Shown here in pieces: positions 58,020-64,000 of a DNA stretch of 64,000 bases. Both the position numbers and the translations under genes were made by a program. The stretch lies in contig JAHQWG010000033.1 in assembly GCA_029856045.1 (NCBI GenBank), forward strand, positions 77,885 to 141,884. The letters run 5' to 3'. Source of the stretch: Promethearchaeia archaeon (GTDB taxonomy: Archaea > Asgardarchaeota > Lokiarchaeia > Sigyniarchaeales > SOKP01). The notes under the pieces were generated by a model, which saw nothing but the letters and a program-made list of their open reading frames with translations, had not been told where the DNA came from and ran no database searches. Numbering within the stretch: position 1 is the stretch's first letter; each line of letters begins with the position of its first letter.

Positions 58020-58229
58020 ATGGAACTTATGTCCCATGCGAGGCATTTTGTAATTATAGGTATGATTATTTTAGTATCTTGTTTTATATATGTAGAATTG
58101 CTATATCTAACTGTTGGTTTGTTAATCATCCCTATGGTTATTGCGTGTGTTTTAGTTGTATGCGGGATGGTCTTTACAGCTGTTGGAATAAAACAATTCA
58201 TCATAATGAAAAATCAAGTAGAAAAATAA
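58020..58229 (+). CDS. Small two-TM membrane protein (likely start ATG 58020)
   Basis: GGT RBS-like sequence upstream; two hydrophobic helices. Confidence 0.5.
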   Translation: MELMSHARHFVIIGMIILVSCFIYVELLYLTVGLLIIPMVIACVLVVCGMVFTAVGIKQFIIMKNQVEK

Positions 58230-58300
58230 TCGAAGAAATAAGCAAAAAATTAAAACATAGAGTTTTAATCTCTTTTCTTTTATTTATTCAAAAGCACCTT

Positions 58301-59062
58301 TTAATCCTTAATAGCATCCGATAGCTTTTTTTTTTCGTTAATATTTGCCATTATATTAAATAAAACTAATTTTCTGCGTGGAATATATTCAGCGTATAAT
58401 TCTAATTTATCAATCATACTTAAAATCATTTCAATTAGGAATTCTTTATCCTTAATTCCAGATTGTTCAGAAAGTTCATCGATTCTTAATCGTTTGAATT
58501 TTGTTCCTATCTCCATTAATATTTTCTTTTTTTCTTGAATTTCACTTTTTTCAATAAACCTATTGATATTAGATATTTTAGAATCAATCGTATTAATAAA
58601 TCTTAGAGAAAAACTTTCTTTAAATGAAATTGTTCTATACTCCTTTAACTTTTCAATATCTTTTTCTAAATTACTCTTAGTTTTGCTTTCTTTAAATTGG
58701 ATTAAATCTAAAAAATTATTAATTTCATTTTTAAGGTTCTCAATTCTTATTCTCTCTTTTAATTCTTCTTGTTTAATTTTTTCTCTTTCCTCTCTTTCCT
58801 TTATTTCTTTCTCTTGTCTTTCTTTCACAATTTTCTCTTGTTCAATTCTTTCTCTTTCTGTTTTTTGTTTCTCTCTCTTAATTTTTTCAATTTCCTCTAA
58901 ATCAGTTTTTTCAATTCTTTCTTTTTTAGGCTTTTGAACTTCTGGAATTTCTTCTACTTTTGGTTTCCCAATTATCTTTTGACCACAAGATGTACAAAAA
59001 CCCCAATGTGGTTTAAGTAGTGCTCCACAAAATCTACAGAACTTATCTTTTTTTTCACTCAT
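58301..59062 (-). CDS. Zinc-ribbon, charged coiled-coil and PCI-like winged-helix protein
   Basis: FCRFCG...FCTSCG; E/K/R-rich helix; FKRLRIDELSEQSGI...MID...YAEY. Confidence 0.7.
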   Translation of the reverse strand: MSEKKDKFCRFCGALLKPHWGFCTSCGQKIIGKPKVEEIPEVQKPKKERIEKTDLEEIEKIKREKQKTERERIEQEKIVKERQEKEIKEREEREKIKQEELKERIRIENLKNEINNFLDLIQFKESKTKSNLEKDIEKLKEYRTISFKESFSLRFINTIDSKISNINRFIEKSEIQEKKKILMEIGTKFKRLRIDELSEQSGIKDKEFLIEMILSMIDKLELYAEYIPRRKLVLFNIMANINEKKKLSDAIKD

Positions 59063-59090
59063 ATATCCTCGTTTTAAACCAAATTTATTA

Positions 59091-62000
59091 TTATATAAAA
59101 TTTAAAATTCCAGAAATTTGCAAATAAAGTAAAACCGCTGTTAAAATAATTAAACCAATAAATATTAATGTGGTAAAAAATCTCCATTTTATTGAGATAC
59201 GGCCTCGTTTTTCTTCACGATAAATAAAAAACAATAAAATTGCGCCAAAGACAATGATTGAGAAAAGTATTAAAAATATATTAGGAGGTATGAAGCCAAA
59301 TAAAGTTCCAATAACTGAGCCATAAATAATACAATAATATATCATTTTTACCCGGAAACTACTTTCAGGGTCCCCACCAGCTATCTCATGCATAATTGGA
59401 TAAGCCAATAAAAATGAAACAACCAAATCTACTGGCAAAGCATGAAACCAAGCTAAGTTTAGTGGGGGTATTCCAATATTTTCTTCTAATAAGATAAATA
59501 TTACTATAAAAATGATGATAATAATTATCCCCCAAATGTATTTCCAATTTTTCTTTAAGAAATTAATTAATCTATTATAAGCATTTAAAATTGCAATTTT
59601 TATCGAATTAAGGAAATTTACAATTACCATCTTTAGCGCTCTGAACTTTCTCAAAAGATAATCGACCATTTTTCCAAACTGTTCTTTCAATTCTTCAAAA
59701 AAGAATATAAATGGATATAATAGAAGAGTAATTACAAAGAATACTGTACTCCAAATATAGGATAAAGAAAAATAATAAACAATTACGCTTAATGATAAGA
59801 AAGTAGCAATCCAAAAGAGAAGTGCTCGTAATGAATGTTTTTTAAATGGTTTAATATCAATAGCATAAAAAGTTAAAAGAATCAACATAGCAACACTTAA
59901 ATTAAATGGCCAATTTGTTATGTAGGGTTGTAACAAAAGTCCTAAATATAGAAAACAATTTAAAGAGAGTAAGAATCCAAGAAATAAAAATGAAATTCTT
60001 CTGATATTTAATCTTGACTTCTCTTCAAAGACTCCGATATTGATATCAAGATAAGAAAGAACAAATAATATTACTAAAGAAAAAATAATCAAATTAAGGA
60101 CAACTATAATATCTAAACTTGCGAAATAAAAAGGCCAGGATATAAAATCTACATATAAAACAAATAACAAGAATCTTTTAATCATATTTTTATTAGTTCT
60201 GATTATTTTTATATTCCGCAATAGATAAAATAAGTAATAGAATTCAATTATTAGGAATATTATTATTAGAGGGATAAATGTAATTAGGAATATTAAGATC
60301 CAATCTATAAACATTATGGGAGATATCATTATCAATATCCAGGAAATAATTTTAAAAGAATCTGACCATTTTGATATTAAGAATTTAAACAAATATTGAT
60401 CAATTATCATCATAAGATGAACAGCAATACTTAATAGCATTATTTGAAATTCAATTGGCAGTATGCCCAACGCTCTTTGAATAAATATGAATAAAAATAG
60501 ATAAAATATCAATCCTATAATTCCTTGGATGAATAATTTCTTTTCATTAAGGGTTTCGATTTTTTTATAAAATCTAGACATCATAAAGAACTGTTTAAGT
60601 GTTGAAAACAATGCATAATTAGTATAAAATTGCATTGTAAAAAACAAAAATAAATTAAACCAGAGAAGGTCTGGATTGATAACTAAAAATTGGTTTAAAA
60701 ATAAGAGTAAAAATATAGATATCAACAAATAACTCAGTGTATGAATTAAATATCCATATCTTTTCCTAAAATTCTTTATGATATATAGTTCAAATATTGA
60801 TAATAAAAAGAGTGTAATTAAAGAAATTAATGAACTCTCAAGAAATCCAAAACTCTCAAATAGACTGTAAATTAATAGTACTAGCTCAATATATAAACAA
60901 AATATAATCAGTGAATATCCCTTTGCTTTAAAATCAAGATATTTTTCTTTAAAATATAATTGATTTACTAAATATATTGAGTAAAATGAAAATGAACTCT
61001 CAATTATTAGTAATAAGCCTATATTGAAAAAATCTAGAAGCAGAAATATCTCAAAAATAGTAATCCAGTAGATTGCAAAAAGAATTTGAATGAAAATAAA
61101 AAGAAGAAATTCAATCTGGAGAACAAATTTAATTTGAACTATTTTATTATAAATCAAGTTTGAAAAGAATAATAACACTGCAGATAATAATAAGAAAAGT
61201 AAGGTGGTTGGATAACCAATCAATAATTCATTAATACCTAAAAGTAAATTGGATATTAATGATGAAAAATAAAATGAATTCATTATAAGAATAGAATAAA
61301 TCAAACAAACCCTCAAGAAAGAGCTTGTTTTTTTATATTTTACGTCTATTTGGGATAAAAAATACGTCGATATTAAATTTAATAGAGATAATGTTAATAG
61401 TAAAAGAAAAATATCCAAATGGAAAAGATATAGGTATATAGAAAATAAATTACATCCAACAAACCAAGACCAAAATATCATCTGATTCCTTATTTTTGAA
61501 ATCAAATATTTAAAAAGATATTTATCTACGACGAAACTTTCTAAAAACAAAATACTGCTACCTAATAAAGATATTAAAAATAATGAATACAAAATTTCAA
61601 CCTCAACCTCTATTAGAAAAATCAAAACATTAAGGAGAATCGCGGTTGGAAGAAGGCAATATAAAAATAAACTCAATCCATTCAAAAAATTTGTTAATGG
61701 TTTGACTTTTAATTTAATTCCAGATAATTCTATATATTTCAAAGAGCATAATAGTAATGTAGACCAAATTATTAAAAATTCAAAAATCTGATTATACCAA
61801 GAAATTGGAGTAAGAAATGAAATCCATATTGAAATAAATAAAGAATTAATGATAAAACATGCAGAATTTAGAATTCTTAATATGAGATCTTTTTGAATTA
61901 TTTCTAAATATTCATTTTTAATTTTAATTTTTCCTTTTTTGGCTAAGATACTGAATAAATTTATAATAACCTGTAAAAAACTAAAATAGACCATTAACCA

Positions 62001-64000
62001 TGTTATAATTCCGATAGTATGAATTATTGGAATAAATAATAGGAGTGCTTGAATAAGAAAAGTTAGAGGAAATGGAACAAGAAATAATAATACAAATCTA
62101 TATTTATCTAAAAGGGGATAGAAAAATAATATTAATACTGAGCTAAAAATGAAACAAATAAACATTGGAGACCCCTGAATGAAAGGAAATAATAATGATG
62201 TAATTGTCAAAGATGTTCCAAACGCCATAATTGTCCAGGGAATTGCTTTATTAAAACTAATAATCATTTTTTCATATCGGTTAAAAACGAAGAAAGTACC
62301 TCCAAATATTGCAATTGCAAAAAATATAGAAAATAGTTCAAATCCTGGTATAATAAAAAACGAGAAGAGTGTTAATAAAGAGAAATTAATAATCAAAATA
62401 ATTGAAATAACAAAATGAACATATTTCTTGTTTAATTTCAGATATTTTGATGAAAACATGCTAAATCCTAAAATTATAAAAGAAATATTAACAGCGATAA
62501 ATGGATTGAGAAGAATCGCATATAAGATAAAATAAATTAATAAAAACATTCCAAGCAAAAATGTTATATAGGAAAAAATAAGTATTGCAATTTTACTTCT
62601 TATCAAAGGAAAATACGAATAAATCATGGAAAATAGCCCTATAGCGATAAGAACAATGGATGTAATTATCTCGGGCAACATATTTAAAAAAATTAAATAG
62701 AAAATTAAAAACACAATATTGATTCCACTTAAAAGAATCCATAATTTTGAAAGAACCTTCCAATACTTTAATTTGTAGATTATTGGCATTAATAAAAATA
62801 TTGAAATTATTGTAAAAGAAAGATAAGTGAGAAGAAAGTTCTCTCCAAATATATTAAATGTAATCCATGCAACCAATCCAAAGCTTTCAATCCAGAAGAA
62901 TAATAAAATTTGACCAAAGTGTGCCTTAATTTTTGTGTATAGAACAGGTAAATACAATAATGAAGAAATTAAGATTGAAATAATTAATGACCCGGTAAAA
63001 TCTAATGTTCCAAAAAATGTGATTGCATTAGTATATATATCGATATCAAGGAATATTCTATAGATTACAACGAAATTAACGATAGGAAATAAATTCCACA
63101 GCCACCACCCTGCTTTCCAAATTGCCCAAGATATCTTCCATTTATAAATTCCAATTGAAATGTAAAAAAGAAGAATTCCTAGATTTAATGAGATAATTAG
63201 AGGAAAAGGTTCTTCAAGGGGAATTGGTAAATAATATGTAAGTAAGAAAAATAAAAATGTTGGAAGTGATATAACAATTGCGGTTAAAAATGTATAGAAT
63301 AAATATTTTCTATATCTCTCAGGGATTTCATTAAATAATAAAACAAATCCGAATCCTGTTATGCTTAAGGTAAAAGTGAAAATCAAAATATTATTAATTA
63401 AATCATCTACAGGGAGTATAAATAAAAATTGATAAGAAATATAGCTAATTACATCAAAAATAATTAATGCAATTAAAGTTTTCTTATACAAATGATAATT
63501 TTTATCACCAATTCGACGAAGTAAAACTGAATAAAAGAATAAAATTATTCCAAGCGAAATAGTGATATTATATAATAGTAAAATATTAGTGAAAGTCAAG
63601 AAAAAGACAAAAGATATTGCAGAAATTGATCCATACAAAATAAATTCTTCAAGATGGGAATGCTCTTTGAGGTTCAAAATTATAGCAAAAAATAATACAC
63701 AAGATAAAGATACTAAATATTCTATAATAAAAAATCCTAGAGGGATCGGCTCAAAAACAGAGAAATCAAAACCTGAATATATATGAAACATTAAATAAAA
63801 TCTTAAAAATGTGATATAACTAAGTAAGAAAATATTTAAAATTCTTAAAATTAAATTTTCATTTCTAACACGAAAAATTATAATATAAAGAAGAAAGAGA
63901 AAAATGAAAGATATAATAGGCTCTATATAAAGAAGACTAATGAAAAGAACTAAATTGAGAGAAAATAATCCAATTATTCTGAATCTAATCTCTTTTACAA
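59091..64000 (-). CDS. Giant polytopic membrane protein (>1,630 aa; 5' end outside window)
   Basis: The frame has no stop from 63791 to the window end; almost entirely hydrophobic helices with short basic loops. Confidence 0.85.
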   Translation of the reverse strand, partial: VKEIRFRIIGLFSLNLVLFISLLYIEPIISFIFLFLLYIIIFRVRNENLILRILNIFLLSYITFLRFYLMFHIYSGFDFSVFEPIPLGFFIIEYLVSLSCVLFFAIILNLKEHSHLEEFILYGSISAISFVFFLTFTNILLLYNITISLGIILFFYSVLLRRIGDKNYHLYKKTLIALIIFDVISYISYQFLFILPVDDLINNILIFTFTLSITGFGFVLLFNEIPERYRKYLFYTFLTAIVISLPTFLFFLLTYYLPIPLEEPFPLIISLNLGILLFYISIGIYKWKISWAIWKAGWWLWNLFPIVNFVVIYRIFLDIDIYTNAITFFGTLDFTGSLIISILISSLLYLPVLYTKIKAHFGQILLFFWIESFGLVAWITFNIFGENFLLTYLSFTIISIFLLMPIIYKLKYWKVLSKLWILLSGINIVFLIFYLIFLNMLPEIITSIVLIAIGLFSMIYSYFPLIRSKIAILIFSYITFLLGMFLLIYFILYAILLNPFIAVNISFIILGFSMFSSKYLKLNKKYVHFVISIILIINFSLLTLFSFFIIPGFELFSIFFAIAIFGGTFFVFNRYEKMIISFNKAIPWTIMAFGTSLTITSLLFPFIQGSPMFICFIFSSVLILFFYPLLDKYRFVLLFLVPFPLTFLIQALLLFIPIIHTIGIITWLMVYFSFLQVIINLFSILAKKGKIKIKNEYLEIIQKDLILRILNSACFIINSLFISIWISFLTPISWYNQIFEFLIIWSTLLLCSLKYIELSGIKLKVKPLTNFLNGLSLFLYCLLPTAILLNVLIFLIEVEVEILYSLFLISLLGSSILFLESFVVDKYLFKYLISKIRNQMIFWSWFVGCNLFSIYLYLFHLDIFLLLLTLSLLNLISTYFLSQIDVKYKKTSSFLRVCLIYSILIMNSFYFSSLISNLLLGINELLIGYPTTLLFLLLSAVLLFFSNLIYNKIVQIKFVLQIEFLLFIFIQILFAIYWITIFEIFLLLDFFNIGLLLIIESSFSFYSIYLVNQLYFKEKYLDFKAKGYSLIIFCLYIELVLLIYSLFESFGFLESSLISLITLFLLSIFELYIIKNFRKRYGYLIHTLSYLLISIFLLLFLNQFLVINPDLLWFNLFLFFTMQFYTNYALFSTLKQFFMMSRFYKKIETLNEKKLFIQGIIGLIFYLFLFIFIQRALGILPIEFQIMLLSIAVHLMMIIDQYLFKFLISKWSDSFKIISWILIMISPIMFIDWILIFLITFIPLIIIFLIIEFYYLFYLLRNIKIIRTNKNMIKRFLLFVLYVDFISWPFYFASLDIIVVLNLIIFSLVILFVLSYLDINIGVFEEKSRLNIRRISFLFLGFLLSLNCFLYLGLLLQPYITNWPFNLSVAMLILLTFYAIDIKPFKKHSLRALLFWIATFLSLSVIVYYFSLSYIWSTVFFVITLLLYPFIFFFEELKEQFGKMVDYLLRKFRALKMVIVNFLNSIKIAILNAYNRLINFLKKNWKYIWGIIIIIIFIVIFILLEENIGIPPLNLAWFHALPVDLVVSFLLAYPIMHEIAGGDPESSFRVKMIYYCIIYGSVIGTLFGFIPPNIFLILFSIIVFGAILLFFIYREEKRGRISIKWRFFTTLIFIGLIILTAVLLYLQISGILNFI

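Noticed and set aside
1-64000. CRISPR arrays, tRNA/rRNA genes, transposases, integrases, prophage
   Set aside because: No regularly spaced repeats, cloverleaf or rRNA-like GC-rich tracts, or mobile-element motifs were seen on reading; short or intron-split tRNAs could have been missed.

Overview
This is a very AT-rich, gene-dense archaeal chromosomal segment, most consistent with an Asgard archaeon (Lokiarchaeia-like). That placement is inferred from Alba, Sec11-type signal peptidase, CarS, HdrABC/MvhD and DUF39/NIL homocysteine synthesis genes occurring together with a gelsolin-domain protein, a PCI-like protein and vWA-RING and zinc-ribbon fusion proteins. About 55 CDS are present; I recognised no rRNA, tRNA, CRISPR array or transposase. 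Main points: (1) two tandem P-type ATPases with an intact P2-type catalytic core, but with the TM4 PEGL ion-binding motif changed to PINI/PINL (resembling the PISL motif of eukaryotic P4 lipid flippases) and the TM6 Asp changed to His; (2) a 10.4-17.3 kb locus where two otherwise unrelated proteins end in the same Vps28-CTD-like helical domain and flank genes for a gelsolin protein, a LURP1/scramblase-fold protein and a phosphatidylserine-synthase-like enzyme; (3) genes that apparently must start at ATT/ATA; (4) two candidate structured intergenic RNAs; (5) a membrane protein of more than 1,630 aa with dozens of hydrophobic segments; (6) several catalytically degenerate enzymes. All family assignments come from motif recognition by eye, with no database searches.
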